Below, piece after piece: positions 1 to 9,955 of a stretch of 64,000 nt of DNA. Each line of letters starts with the position of its first letter. The first letter of the stretch is position 1. Both the position numbers and the translations under genes were made by a program. The DNA comes from Patescibacteria group bacterium (lineage in GTDB: Bacteria > Patescibacteriota > Minisyncoccia > Moranbacterales > DUUL01), in the NCBI GenBank assembly GCA_034660175.1, contig JAYEIQ010000006.1, positions 10,201 to 74,200 of the forward strand, written 5' to 3'. Below the pieces are notes generated by a model. That model was not told where the DNA came from. It saw only the letters and a list, made by a program, of their open reading frames with translations, and did not search any database.

Positions 1-1
1 T

Positions 2-823
2 CGTGTACGTTATTTGAGTATGGAAAGATTCACAAACGAATTGGTTGACGCTATTCAAAAATCAAAGGCTAAAGAATTTAAAAACAATTACATTGATCTC
101 GACATTCTCATTCTAGATGATGTTCAGTTTTTGGCAGGAAAAGAAAAAACACAGGAAGAGTTTTTTCACGTCTTTGAATCACTCTATCAACACGGAAAAC
201 AAATAATTCTCAGCAGCGACAGGGCACCAAAATCCATCCCAACACTCGAGGATCGGCTTCGCTCAAGGTTTGAAGGTGGAATGATGGCAGATGTTGGAAA
301 ACCTGATCTCGAAACAAGAGTTGCAATCATTGGAAAAAAGCTTTTAGAAAAACAATTTGAACTAGACAATGAGATTATTGAATATTTAGCTCAACATATT
401 TATCACAATGTGAGAGAACTTGAGGGAGCATTGAATAAAATTATAGTCACATACCAACTCAGAAACACCAATCCATCTCTTTCGGATGTTGTTGATATGA
501 CAAAAGATGTTATTTCCGTAAACAGACAACAAGAATTGACTCCTAAAAAGATATTAAAATCCGTTGCTGATTTCTATGATGTTAAAATAGATGAAATATT
601 CTCACGTTGTCGCAAAAAAAAGGTGGTTAAACCACGACAGGTGGCTATTTACTTAATGAGAAAAGATATAAATCTTTCATTTCCAGACATTGGACAAACA
701 ATCGGAGGCAGAGACCATTCAACAGCTATTTATGCTTTTGAGAAAATTGAAAAAGAAATTGAAAACAACTCCATATTAGAAGATCAGCTCAAATTTATTC
801 GAGAGAAGTTTATTGACTATTAA
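2..823 (+). CDS. dnaA: Chromosomal replication initiator DnaA (C-terminal part, truncated by window edge)
   Basis: Frame open from position 2. Walker B ILILDDVQFLAGKEKTQEEFFH, RLRSRFEGG, NVRELEGAL and domain IV GGRDHSTAIYA. Confidence 0.98.
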   Translation, partial: RVRYLSMERFTNELVDAIQKSKAKEFKNNYIDLDILILDDVQFLAGKEKTQEEFFHVFESLYQHGKQIILSSDRAPKSIPTLEDRLRSRFEGGMMADVGKPDLETRVAIIGKKLLEKQFELDNEIIEYLAQHIYHNVRELEGALNKIIVTYQLRNTNPSLSDVVDMTKDVISVNRQQELTPKKILKSVADFYDVKIDEIFSRCRKKKVVKPRQVAIYLMRKDINLSFPDIGQTIGGRDHSTAIYAFEKIEKEIENNSILEDQLKFIREKFIDY

Positions 824-1105
824 AAACCATTTTGTGCTGTTCATAACCTGTGAAAACCTTGTGAATTACTCTAATATATATGTTAATTATATGTGGACAG
901 ACTGTGAATGACTTTATTGAAACAAGAAAACTCAATTTATCCACAAACACATCAACATCTTTCCCTGGAGTTATCTTCAAAACTATCCACATATTTAACA
1001 GCTTGTTTTTAGCTGAAGAAAGGTATACTCTCAGTTTATCCACACAGTTCACACTATAATAGTATTAATAATATTCTTTATATATAAATAATTATATTCA
1101 TTACT
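824..1105. other. Replication origin oriC
   Basis: dnaA-dnaN intergenic region. Perfect DnaA boxes TTATCCACA at 937-945 and 1036-1044. Degenerate boxes at 860-868, 892-900, 903-911, 983-991 and 1045-1053. AT-rich unwinding region at 1054-1105. Confidence 0.9.
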
Positions 1106-2257
1106 ATGAGATTTACTTGTAAAACAATGAATCTTCGAGAGGCTATTGCAAAAGTGGAACGAATAGTTTCAAAACAAACAACACTTCCCATATTGGGAAA
1201 TATATTAATTAGTACTGAAAAGGGAAGATTGTTAATAGCTTCAACTAATCTTGAGATAGCAGTTAAAGTTTATATAGGGGCAAAAATAGAAGAAGAAGGG
1301 CAAGTTACCATTCCTGCCCGTATATTAGGTGGTTTTTTGAATACAATAAAAGATGAAGTTGTTTCTGGAGACTTGAAAGATCTAGAATTAAAAATTTCTT
1401 CTGATAATCATAAAATAAAAATAAAAGGAATAGATGCAAAAGATTTTCCAATTATTCCTGATGTTGAAGGAGAATCATTTTTTTCGGTTTTATCGGATGT
1501 TTTGATAAGGATTATTTCTGGTGTTTTAGTTTCTGTAGCACATAATGATACTCGTCAAGAATTGAATGGTGTTTTTGTTAGGTTTGATAAAGAAAAACTT
1601 ACACTAGCATCAACAGATAGTTTTCGACTTACTGAATTAAAAGTGGATATTGAAAAAAATTCAATAACTAAAGGTTATGACGCTTACAGAGAAAAAAAAT
1701 CAACTATAATAGTTCCAGCTTTAGCTCTTATGGAATTACAAAGAATTGCTGTTAGTGGTGAACATGTTGAATTTACAATTGATCAAAACCAATTATTTAT
1801 TTCCACGAATTCAACGAAAGTTATTTCAAGGTTGATCAACGGAAACTATCCAGAATATAAACAAGTTTTGCCAAAAACATTTGAGATAAATGTGAAATTG
1901 AACAAAGAAGAATTTATTGGTGCGATAAAGATAGCCTCTTTGGTTGCCAACAGTCAGAATGGGGAAGTCCAACTTAAAAGCTCAAAAGACAAAAAACATC
2001 TTATTGTGGCTGCACAATCGATTGACACTGGTGATAATATTTCGAAAATTCCAGCTGAAATAGATGGCGTTGAATTTTCAGTATTATTTAATTGCAGATA
2101 TCTTCTTGAGGGGTTGGGCGGTGTTTTATTTGATGGTGACTTTGTTTTGTTAAAGTTAAACCAGCAAAAATCGCCAGTTATGCTCAAAAGTCTTAATGAT
2201 GAGAGAACAGAGGATACCTCATTTTCATATGTTATTATGCCGATTATCAAAAGTTAA
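1106..2257 (+). CDS. dnaN: DNA polymerase III beta sliding clamp
   Basis: LPILGNILI, STNLEI, STDSFRL, SRLINGNYPEY, FNCRYL and C-terminal YVIMPI. Follows oriC. Confidence 0.98.
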   Translation: MRFTCKTMNLREAIAKVERIVSKQTTLPILGNILISTEKGRLLIASTNLEIAVKVYIGAKIEEEGQVTIPARILGGFLNTIKDEVVSGDLKDLELKISSDNHKIKIKGIDAKDFPIIPDVEGESFFSVLSDVLIRIISGVLVSVAHNDTRQELNGVFVRFDKEKLTLASTDSFRLTELKVDIEKNSITKGYDAYREKKSTIIVPALALMELQRIAVSGEHVEFTIDQNQLFISTNSTKVISRLINGNYPEYKQVLPKTFEINVKLNKEEFIGAIKIASLVANSQNGEVQLKSSKDKKHLIVAAQSIDTGDNISKIPAEIDGVEFSVLFNCRYLLEGLGGVLFDGDFVLLKLNQQKSPVMLKSLNDERTEDTSFSYVIMPIIKS

Positions 2258-2270
2258 ATTTTTCATAAAA

Positions 2271-2561
2271 ATGAAAACATTTCAGGAGGCTCTTGAGAAA
2301 AGAGTTGCAGACACCAAAAAAGTAAAACTTGATAAACACACCATCAAAAAAACAACTCACGATGTTGTTGAAGATTTGTTTGGAAAACTTGGTAAGGGCA
2401 ATGTTGTGGTGGCAGATTGGGGTGAAGGTGTTTTGGTTTTGCAATGCGAAAAGTCTATCTGGAGAACCGAGACAATTTTAAACAAAACAAAGATAATCAA
2501 TGAGGTTAATTCAATTTTTGGGAGCGATGTGGTGTCTGAGTTAAGAGTTAAGGGGGTTTAA
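2271..2561 (+). CDS. dciA: DUF721/DciA-family replicative helicase loader-like protein
   Basis: ATG at 2271 just after dnaN. GVLVLQCEKSIWRTE...KIINEVNSIFGSDVVSELRV resembles the DciA pattern. Confidence 0.7.
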   Translation: MKTFQEALEKRVADTKKVKLDKHTIKKTTHDVVEDLFGKLGKGNVVVADWGEGVLVLQCEKSIWRTETILNKTKIINEVNSIFGSDVVSELRVKGV

Positions 2562-2576
2562 GGAAAATATATAAAT

Positions 2577-4193
2577 ATGGAAAAAATAGACAAAATAGTC
2601 AGCTTTCTTGAAAAAGGTCCACTTTCTATAAGAACGTGGATCGTGTCTTTTGGTGGGATAGTCGCTGCTCGAATTTTGATTGAATCTTTGGTTTTTTCTT
2701 TTGAACAAAAAACATTTGATGAATTTTTGGGGATCATTTTTGGAACAGTTCTGTTTTTTCTTTTTTCTTATATTGTTTTGCTAGTTGTTTTGAGATTTTT
2801 AGTGAAGGAAAAAATTGAGAAACTGGCAAGTGTCTTGCTTTGGGGACAGTGGATGATCATTATACCTCCTATCGTTGATAAGCTTATATTTGGGGATCGA
2901 AAATACTGGAGTTTTTATATTTTTGGTAGTGTGAAAGAGGTCATAATTAAGGGGCTGACTTTTTTTGGTGAAAATCCTTCTTTCGGGATCACGTGGGGAA
3001 CGAGGTTGCTTGTTTTGATTACTGTTGTTGGTTTGGGGTTGTATGTTTTTTATAAAAAAAGAAAAATTGTCTGGTTTTTCATTGGTGCAATATCTGTATA
3101 TTTGGTCTTGTATATTTTGGGTGCATTTCCTAGTTTTGTTAGCTTTGTCATATTGCCTTTTGCTGGTGTTGGTTTGTTTGCAATAGAGGCGGAGGACATT
3201 GCTAAGCAATTTTTAACATCTTTGCAATTGTTTGGAATTGAAAATTCTGGAATAAAAGTTGTTTTGCACTATAAAATGGGTTTGGTCTATAACCCGTTAT
3301 TATTTGTGTTTTCTGTTTTTCTGTTGTTTGTTTCCCGTAGGAGGTGGTTTTTCGCCTTGGCGAAAAATGTTCGTTATCCTCAAATGATCTTTAATTGCGG
3401 TTTGTTTTTTTTGGGTGTTGGTTTGGGTTGGATGAGGTTTCCACAAAACTTCGGCATTGATTTTTTTGAGATGATGGCTTTGGCCAACGCAATATTGGCG
3501 ATTTTTTTTGCTTGGTATTTTTCTGTTGTGGTCAATGATTTAGCGGATATTGAAATTGATCAAATATCCAATCAAGATCGTCCACTGACAAGTGGCGCGA
3601 TCAAGAAAAGCACATATTCTGACTTTGGTTTGATTTTTGCACTTTTTGCACTTCTGTCTTCTTTGGTTGTTTCAAAGGTTTTTTTCTTGATTATTGTTGG
3701 ATATCTTTTGGTTACTTGGGTTTACTCCTCACATCCTTTTCGTTTGAAAAGGTTTGTTCTTGTCTCAAGTATTCTTTCGTCATTTGCATCACTATTTTTT
3801 CTGTTGGGAGGATATTTGTTAATTTCAGATTTTCAAACTTTGCAGTTTTTTCCTTGGAGAATTATTTCTTTCTTGTTCATTGCATACGCATTTCTTATAC
3901 CACTGAAAGACATTAAGGATATAGAAGGAGATCAAGCAAAAGATGTGGAGACCCTTCCTGTTGTGTTAGGAGAAGAAAATGCAAGAATTTTCTTGGGTGT
4001 TGTTTTGTTTGTGAATTATGTTCTTTCTCCTGTGATTGTTGACGAACGTTCTCTTTTTTTGCCAGCTGTTCTTTTTGGTGGAATCAGTTATTGGGTCATA
4101 ACAAACCAAAAACACAAACCAAAAACTTTGCCTTGGTGGGTTTTGGGAATTGTGACAATTTATGGTATGCTTTTAGTGTTGATGATTTTTTGA
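2577..4193 (+). CDS. UbiA-family prenyltransferase with extra N-terminal multi-TM region
   Basis: NDLADIEID...RPLTSG (NDxxDxxxD) and KDIKDIEGD motifs, WVYSSHPFRLK, many TM helices. Confidence 0.85.
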   Translation: MEKIDKIVSFLEKGPLSIRTWIVSFGGIVAARILIESLVFSFEQKTFDEFLGIIFGTVLFFLFSYIVLLVVLRFLVKEKIEKLASVLLWGQWMIIIPPIVDKLIFGDRKYWSFYIFGSVKEVIIKGLTFFGENPSFGITWGTRLLVLITVVGLGLYVFYKKRKIVWFFIGAISVYLVLYILGAFPSFVSFVILPFAGVGLFAIEAEDIAKQFLTSLQLFGIENSGIKVVLHYKMGLVYNPLLFVFSVFLLFVSRRRWFFALAKNVRYPQMIFNCGLFFLGVGLGWMRFPQNFGIDFFEMMALANAILAIFFAWYFSVVVNDLADIEIDQISNQDRPLTSGAIKKSTYSDFGLIFALFALLSSLVVSKVFFLIIVGYLLVTWVYSSHPFRLKRFVLVSSILSSFASLFFLLGGYLLISDFQTLQFFPWRIISFLFIAYAFLIPLKDIKDIEGDQAKDVETLPVVLGEENARIFLGVVLFVNYVLSPVIVDERSLFLPAVLFGGISYWVITNQKHKPKTLPWWVLGIVTIYGMLLVLMIF

Positions 4194-4200
4194 AAAAACT

Positions 4201-4227
4201 TTGCACAAAAAATAATTGTGGTATAAT
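4201..4227 (+). promoter_or_regulatory. Putative sigma70 promoter for the T4SS-like cluster
   Basis: Extended -10 TGGTATAAT at 4219-4227, with TTGCAC upstream. Confidence 0.45.
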
Positions 4228-4310
4228 TGGACACAAGAGACATTCAACTGTTTTCAATTGATGATTTTGTGAAAGTTCGCATTTTTTTGATACCAAAAAA
4301 ATAAAAACAA

Positions 4311-5354
4311 ATGAAAAAAATTTTTGAAAAATATTCAAACAAGAAAATCTCTGTTTTTGCAGTGATACTTCTTTTTGCTTGGCTCAATTTTTCATTCGCG
4401 CAGGATGATGAGCTGAATAATTTTGAAGACAGAGACGATGATGGTCTCGCAGACATTGAAGAGGAGACACGTGGAACTGATCCAGACAATCCAGACACAG
4501 ACGGTGATGGATATGGTGATGGGGTTGAAGTTGATGGAGGCTATGATCCTCTTATCCCGGCCCCGGGAGATCGTGTTGGTGAGGACGAGGAAAGCGAAGA
4601 GATAGATAAGGTGAATGTGACAGATATTTATAAGAACATCATTGAAGAATCCAAGGGGAAAGAAATTGATATTTTAAAAGAAGCATTTCTCACCGAAGAA
4701 GGCGTGGTTAGTATTGACGATGAAGATGGAGATGTCTCATTGACTGACGATGATATAGAAGATTTTGTTGCTGAAACTCTCGAAGAGAGTGGTTTGATGA
4801 ATACTGAGATGGAAATGATCGACGAAGAAGATCTCAACATTCTTGATCCGTCCGAAGATGAGGATGCCAAAGAAGTTCTTAGTGAAGAAAAAAAACAAGT
4901 GGAAGAATACTTAATTGAAATCGGATATATTCTCACCGAAAATTATGATTACGTTTCTGGAGATCAAGATGTCTTGACTGGAGACTTGATGGGCCTGATC
5001 ATGGAAATTGGTCTTGATATTGATGAGGGAGATGACTCAAGGGTAAATGAAATGAAAGAAGATGGAAAGGATATTTTTGAGCAACTCAAGGAAATCGAGG
5101 CACCATATGTTCTCAAAGATGTTCATGTGACTGCAATGTCGTTGTTTCAACACATATTGAAACAAGATGAAAATCTTGTGTTTGACAGAGACGATCCTGT
5201 TGGATTGAACCTGTTGATCGGTCAAATCGAGGGTGTTGTGATGGAAGCTGACAGTTTGAGTGAGCAAGTGAACGAAGTGTTACAGCAACATGACATTGAC
5301 ACGATTAACACAGGGGATTATCAAGGTCAAGTTGGTGCAGGTTCCTTTTTCTAA
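4311..5354 (+). CDS. Secreted acidic protein with thrombospondin-3-like Ca-binding repeat
   Basis: Signal peptide ending SFA. DRDDDGLADIEE-GTDPDNPDTDGDGYGDGVEV. Very D/E-rich. Confidence 0.7.
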   Translation: MKKIFEKYSNKKISVFAVILLFAWLNFSFAQDDELNNFEDRDDDGLADIEEETRGTDPDNPDTDGDGYGDGVEVDGGYDPLIPAPGDRVGEDEESEEIDKVNVTDIYKNIIEESKGKEIDILKEAFLTEEGVVSIDDEDGDVSLTDDDIEDFVAETLEESGLMNTEMEMIDEEDLNILDPSEDEDAKEVLSEEKKQVEEYLIEIGYILTENYDYVSGDQDVLTGDLMGLIMEIGLDIDEGDDSRVNEMKEDGKDIFEQLKEIEAPYVLKDVHVTAMSLFQHILKQDENLVFDRDDPVGLNLLIGQIEGVVMEADSLSEQVNEVLQQHDIDTINTGDYQGQVGAGSFF

Positions 5355-5393
5355 ATAAAGGGGCAGTCAAGTTTTGTATAATATAGACAAAAA

Positions 5394-6311
5394 ATGCAGT
5401 TTCAAAAACAAAAAAAATACAAGAAAATAATTGCCGCATTTTTATTGGTAACCTTTTTGATGTTTTCTGGAGGTCAGGCAAGGGCTGGTTATTGGTCTGA
5501 GAACTTTAAGGCAAATACCGTGGATACTATGTATGATGAGATTTTGTATGGCATCAAGAAAGTGATTTTGCAGAAAATGAAGCAGTCTGCCGGAAAATCA
5601 GTTAGTGGAAAGATGAGGAGTCTTGCAGCAGGAACGACGGGTAAATCTGGTGTCGTTTCTAACTATGAAGATTTTATTTTTGGTGCATCTCAAAGAGATG
5701 TTGATAATTATGTGACAGACTTTTTTCGAGTTATGCAAACAGGTGGAGTTTCTCCTGAAACAAGGGGTGAGTTGAGAATGATCGAAATAGCAATTCGAAA
5801 CGAATTGGAACCATCTATGCCGGATGATCTTTTTGAGCACAGAATAAATAGTCCAACTCCCAGAAAAGATGTCTTTGACCAAACTGTTGGTGGTGGGAAA
5901 GAGGAGTATTTGGAAATGCAAATGGGTGGGGCTCATCCAGTTGACATTTTTTTTCAGACTGAAAACATGATCTCTGCAAGATTTGAGCAAGAAGCAGTGG
6001 CAAATGAAGCAGAGGCTGTTGCTGGTGGTGGATTTGCAACAGTGATAAATGGGAATAAAGTCGTTCCCGGTTCAGTTATGAAGGATTTGGTTTCAGCTTC
6101 TGAGGAGATGCCAATTCAAATGATTAACAATGCCGGGTCTTGGCAGGAAATCATTGCAACTATGGCTGTTCAGTCTTTGGTTTCTTTTTCAAAACAAGGA
6201 ATAGAGATAGTTTCAAAACCAGCAAAAAATAAAGAAAGAAGAATTCAAAGAAGCAGGACGAATGGAGTTAATGGCGCTCTTGATCAAGTCTATAGTGGTA
6301 TAAACTATTAA
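5394..6311 (+). CDS. Exported hypothetical protein (possible T4SS accessory protein)
   Basis: Signal peptide (QARA). 305-aa ORF in the operon just before the VirB6-like gene. Confidence 0.6.
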   Translation: MQFQKQKKYKKIIAAFLLVTFLMFSGGQARAGYWSENFKANTVDTMYDEILYGIKKVILQKMKQSAGKSVSGKMRSLAAGTTGKSGVVSNYEDFIFGASQRDVDNYVTDFFRVMQTGGVSPETRGELRMIEIAIRNELEPSMPDDLFEHRINSPTPRKDVFDQTVGGGKEEYLEMQMGGAHPVDIFFQTENMISARFEQEAVANEAEAVAGGGFATVINGNKVVPGSVMKDLVSASEEMPIQMINNAGSWQEIIATMAVQSLVSFSKQGIEIVSKPAKNKERRIQRSRTNGVNGALDQVYSGINY

Positions 6312-6326
6312 TGTTCAATTGAAAAA

Positions 6327-8249
6327 ATGTTTTTCAAACAAAACAAAACAAAAAGCATCTTAGCACTTTTATTTCTGGGTGTGTTTCTGAGTTGCTCCTT
6401 TGGCTTTGTTGGTGTGGCTGGAGCTGGAGAAGGGCAAAGAAGAGAACAGGCGCAAGGTACGGGAACTATAACAGATGAAGCCAAAAAGATCCTTAGCAAA
6501 ATTGTTTCTCCTATTTTGGGTGGCATAAAAAAGATAGGAATAGCAATTGTTTCTATTCCTTTGATACTTCTCAGGAAATTGACAGCTGTGTTACTCACGG
6601 TTTCAATGAACACCGTGGACTTAATGCTGAGTGAGGCGATGTATAGTAACGTCTTTTTTTCTCCAGAGGCAAGAACCGCGCTAAACACTGGTTGGGGTTT
6701 GGTGCGTGATTTTGTAAATATGTTCTATGTCTTGATATTGATATTCTTGGCAATTGCAACAATTTTGCGGGTGAATAAGTTCAGTGATAAAAAGCTTTTG
6801 TTGTCGGTGGTGATTAGCGCCTTGTTGGTCAACTTTTCAAAACCTATTGCATTGTTCATTATTGATGCTTCGAATTTGGCTATGAGTTTTTTCATGGGAA
6901 ATATCACAACAACAGGATTAAGCTACACTGAGCTGATGGCCGAGAGAATGAGTTTCTCTAGTCTCTGGGCAGGAAATGTAGGCCAGAGCACTGAGGGAAT
7001 GTTGGTGGTCACGATAAACGAGATTATATTTACTATGATTTTTTCGACAACCTTGTTCGTTTTGGGATTTGCTCTACTTATTCGATTGATCGCTTTTTGG
7101 GTTTTGATCGTACTTTCACCACTTGCATTTTTTTGTCTTGTATTGCCAGGAACATTTTTGAGCGGTTTATACAAAGGCTGGTTGGAAAAAATGGTATACT
7201 GGGCGTTTTTTGGTCCCGTTCTCTTGTTTTTCTTGTGGCTAGCTCTGGTTTTGGTAAATGCATTGACCATAGCAACAATAGCTGCCCCAATACCAGGCAT
7301 CAATCAAACACCAATTTCGTCTGGTGAAGGGTTGAGTGGTTTTGCAATTAATTTTTTCAGACACATTATCCCATTTGCAGCAACCATCTATTTATTATTT
7401 TATGGTTTTGATACATCTCGAAAGATGGCCGAAAGGGCTGGGTCTTCTGTGGGTGGTTTAATGAGAAGAGGAAGTGAATGGATGAACAAAGGGCTCAAAT
7501 ATTCAGCAATAGCTGGAACTGGTGCTGTTGGGGCTATGGGATATGCTGGATATAAGTATGGAAAGAATTATGCAAGTGATGCAAGAACGGCAGCAGAGAA
7601 AAAGCTTTCAGAAAGCGATAGTAGACTTAGAACCTTGACAAAAAAAGGACGTGAGAGGCAATCTGAAGAAAGAGTGGCTAGAATGACTGGCGAAACTGAC
7701 AAACTTGACAGAGACAAGACCAATGAGAGCTATAAAAAAATGAAAGATTCTGGTCAGGCCAAGAATGAGGTGATCAGTAATATTAGCAGTAAAGATAAGC
7801 ATGATGCAGCTGCAGCTGCAAAACTTGCTGCTGAAAAAGGATGGCTTGGAAGTCAGGATGATTATGAAAAGGCAACAAGTGCAACAAGTAAGATAAAACC
7901 AATAAAATATCAATTTGATGAATTAGCAAAGAAGAAAAACCTCAATTCGGTGATTAATTATGATCTCAATACAAAGGCACGTGAATTGGGTCATGCTGAC
8001 GCAAACGCACTTTCCAGTGCTGATCCAACGACAGCAGCGGCTGTATTGGATAAATACATGGCAAACAAAGGTGCTGTTGACTTTGCTGACGAAAAAAGGG
8101 AATTTTTTGACAACGCTATAGTAGCCAAACATTTATCTAACAAGTATGGTTCAGCCACTTCTGATGTTAAGAGTGCTGCTAGAAAAAAGGCAACAGATAA
8201 AATTAGTGATCCAGAAAAACTACAAAGAGTATTGGATATTATCGGATAG
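6327..8249 (+). CDS. VirB6/TrbL-like polytopic membrane protein
   Basis: GWGLVRDFVN...ALLVNFS, LIRLIAFWVLIVLSPLAFFC...W, Gly-rich helix and charged tail. Upstream of PrgI/VirB4. Confidence 0.7.
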   Translation: MFFKQNKTKSILALLFLGVFLSCSFGFVGVAGAGEGQRREQAQGTGTITDEAKKILSKIVSPILGGIKKIGIAIVSIPLILLRKLTAVLLTVSMNTVDLMLSEAMYSNVFFSPEARTALNTGWGLVRDFVNMFYVLILIFLAIATILRVNKFSDKKLLLSVVISALLVNFSKPIALFIIDASNLAMSFFMGNITTTGLSYTELMAERMSFSSLWAGNVGQSTEGMLVVTINEIIFTMIFSTTLFVLGFALLIRLIAFWVLIVLSPLAFFCLVLPGTFLSGLYKGWLEKMVYWAFFGPVLLFFLWLALVLVNALTIATIAAPIPGINQTPISSGEGLSGFAINFFRHIIPFAATIYLLFYGFDTSRKMAERAGSSVGGLMRRGSEWMNKGLKYSAIAGTGAVGAMGYAGYKYGKNYASDARTAAEKKLSESDSRLRTLTKKGRERQSEERVARMTGETDKLDRDKTNESYKKMKDSGQAKNEVISNISSKDKHDAAAAAKLAAEKGWLGSQDDYEKATSATSKIKPIKYQFDELAKKKNLNSVINYDLNTKARELGHADANALSSADPTTAAAVLDKYMANKGAVDFADEKREFFDNAIVAKHLSNKYGSATSDVKSAARKKATDKISDPEKLQRVLDIIG

Positions 8250-8318
8250 CTCAGAATTCGAAATCAAAAAACACAGGATGTGTTGGATATAAATAGTTAT
8301 GCTTTTTTCAAAACGAAG

Positions 8319-9464
8319 ATGGATCAACAAACAAAAGTATCAAGCAGGCAAGCTAGTCCATATTTTGCAAGTGTAAACTTTGAACAAGAAAAAGACACAA
8401 AAGAAGAAAGAACAGAACTCACTCGCAAGTTTATTTCATTGCCAAGGGCAATCAGGTATGGACTTTTAGATTCTGAAACTCGAAAGGGCATTGAAAGGGT
8501 GTCCAATTCTTTTGGTGTAAATGATCAAAACAAGATAGGAGAAATTTCTCGTATGGTGAGGAATGTTTATTTGGAGAAAATTGATAAGAGTGAGATCAAG
8601 AAAGGAGCTCAGGAAAAGATCGCAATAGAATCAGCCAGGCTCGATGAGTTTGTGAAGGAGGTTGATCGAATTGCAAAAAAAGTAAAGCAAAGAGGGGAAG
8701 AAGAGATCGCAGCGGATTCTGAAGAATTACCGATAATTCCAGCGCTTAAAAAATTTGAAAAACTAGGAGGGCAAGAGATAACAGAGGGATTTATTGAGAT
8801 AGAAGTTGATTTAGAAAAGAAGTCTGTTGAGCCAACGATCAGAAATTGGTTGGAAGATTATATTCAAAACAAAGGTGCGCAAGCTCATGACAATCTTGAG
8901 CGAAGTGATTACTTGTATAAATCTGCAAACACTGAACTTCTTTCAACTCAAGAAAGAGACAAGTTGTCCTTTGTTCTTCGTTCCTATGACCTGGACGAGA
9001 CAATTCTTGTGAGCAAGGGTTCCCAGGAGGTTTTCTTTGAAAAAGTTTCTCATGTGGAAAAAAACGGTCAAGTTGAGAAAAGAAAAGAGTCTTCTACAAA
9101 AGCAATCGATCAAAAAAAAGGAGATGAAAAAAACTTTGAGGGTGTTTCTCGTGACCTGAAACAGGGGGATGAGGAGTCAAAAGGACGACAACAGGAATCT
9201 TTTGAAAGAATGATAGGTGAGGAAGATCCAGATGATGAACGAATCAGAAACAAACCTCATGAAATAACTTGGTATGGAAAAAGTTCACCCTTTGATAATT
9301 TGGAAAAGATAGATACAGATTCATTTCAGAAAGGAAGCCAAGAGAAGTTGGAAAACAAGACTACTATAACTGCACAAAAAGAAAACGAAAAGAAAATTGA
9401 CTTTGCTTTGAGTAATAATCCACAGAAAATGAAACATGTTGTTGATCTGAAAAAGGACATTTGA
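8319..9464 (+). CDS. Hypothetical protein
   Basis: Long ORF (track start 8280; ATG at 8319) with a charged low-complexity C-terminus ending VVDLK. Confidence 0.65.
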   Translation: MDQQTKVSSRQASPYFASVNFEQEKDTKEERTELTRKFISLPRAIRYGLLDSETRKGIERVSNSFGVNDQNKIGEISRMVRNVYLEKIDKSEIKKGAQEKIAIESARLDEFVKEVDRIAKKVKQRGEEEIAADSEELPIIPALKKFEKLGGQEITEGFIEIEVDLEKKSVEPTIRNWLEDYIQNKGAQAHDNLERSDYLYKSANTELLSTQERDKLSFVLRSYDLDETILVSKGSQEVFFEKVSHVEKNGQVEKRKESSTKAIDQKKGDEKNFEGVSRDLKQGDEESKGRQQESFERMIGEEDPDDERIRNKPHEITWYGKSSPFDNLEKIDTDSFQKGSQEKLENKTTITAQKENEKKIDFALSNNPQKMKHVVDLKKDI

Positions 9465-9506
9465 TTTTAGTGGTCTGTTTTTATTGTTTTCTATTGTTGA
9501 ATTTAT

Positions 9507-9923
9507 ATGCGTTTCAATGTTCCACAATTTATTAGTATTGAAGATAAAATAGCCTTTCAACTCACAGCAAAACAGTTAGGTTGGTTTGCTCTTGGCGGGG
9601 TTATTCTTTTTTTTATTTGGCAAGTCGCCATTCCCGCAATATTTTTTGTCTGGGTTTTTATTATAGGCGCATTAGCATTAGCATTTGCATTTGTTAAGCC
9701 CTATGGGATCCCCTTTTTATCTTTTTTGGTTAGCAATGCGAAGTATTTGATTCGTCCAAAGGTTTTGGTTTGGGAGAGAAAGGTAAAAGAACAAAAAGAT
9801 CAAAAAGCCAAACACAAAACATCAACTAGAAAGAAGGCTGGGATCGACAGATTTATGAAAGAGAAAGAGCTAAAAAAGGTGGATGATTTCGCAAGCGTAT
9901 TAGACAAACAAAGCAAAATTTAG
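9507..9923 (+). CDS. PrgI-family (VirB3-like) membrane protein
   Basis: MRFNVPQFISIEDKIAFQLTAKQ, two TMs, RPKVLVW. Confidence 0.85.
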   Translation: MRFNVPQFISIEDKIAFQLTAKQLGWFALGGVILFFIWQVAIPAIFFVWVFIIGALALAFAFVKPYGIPFLSFLVSNAKYLIRPKVLVWERKVKEQKDQKAKHKTSTRKKAGIDRFMKEKELKKVDDFASVLDKQSKI

Positions 9924-9955
9924 GTTTAAAAATAAAATAAAAGTAGAACAAAAAT

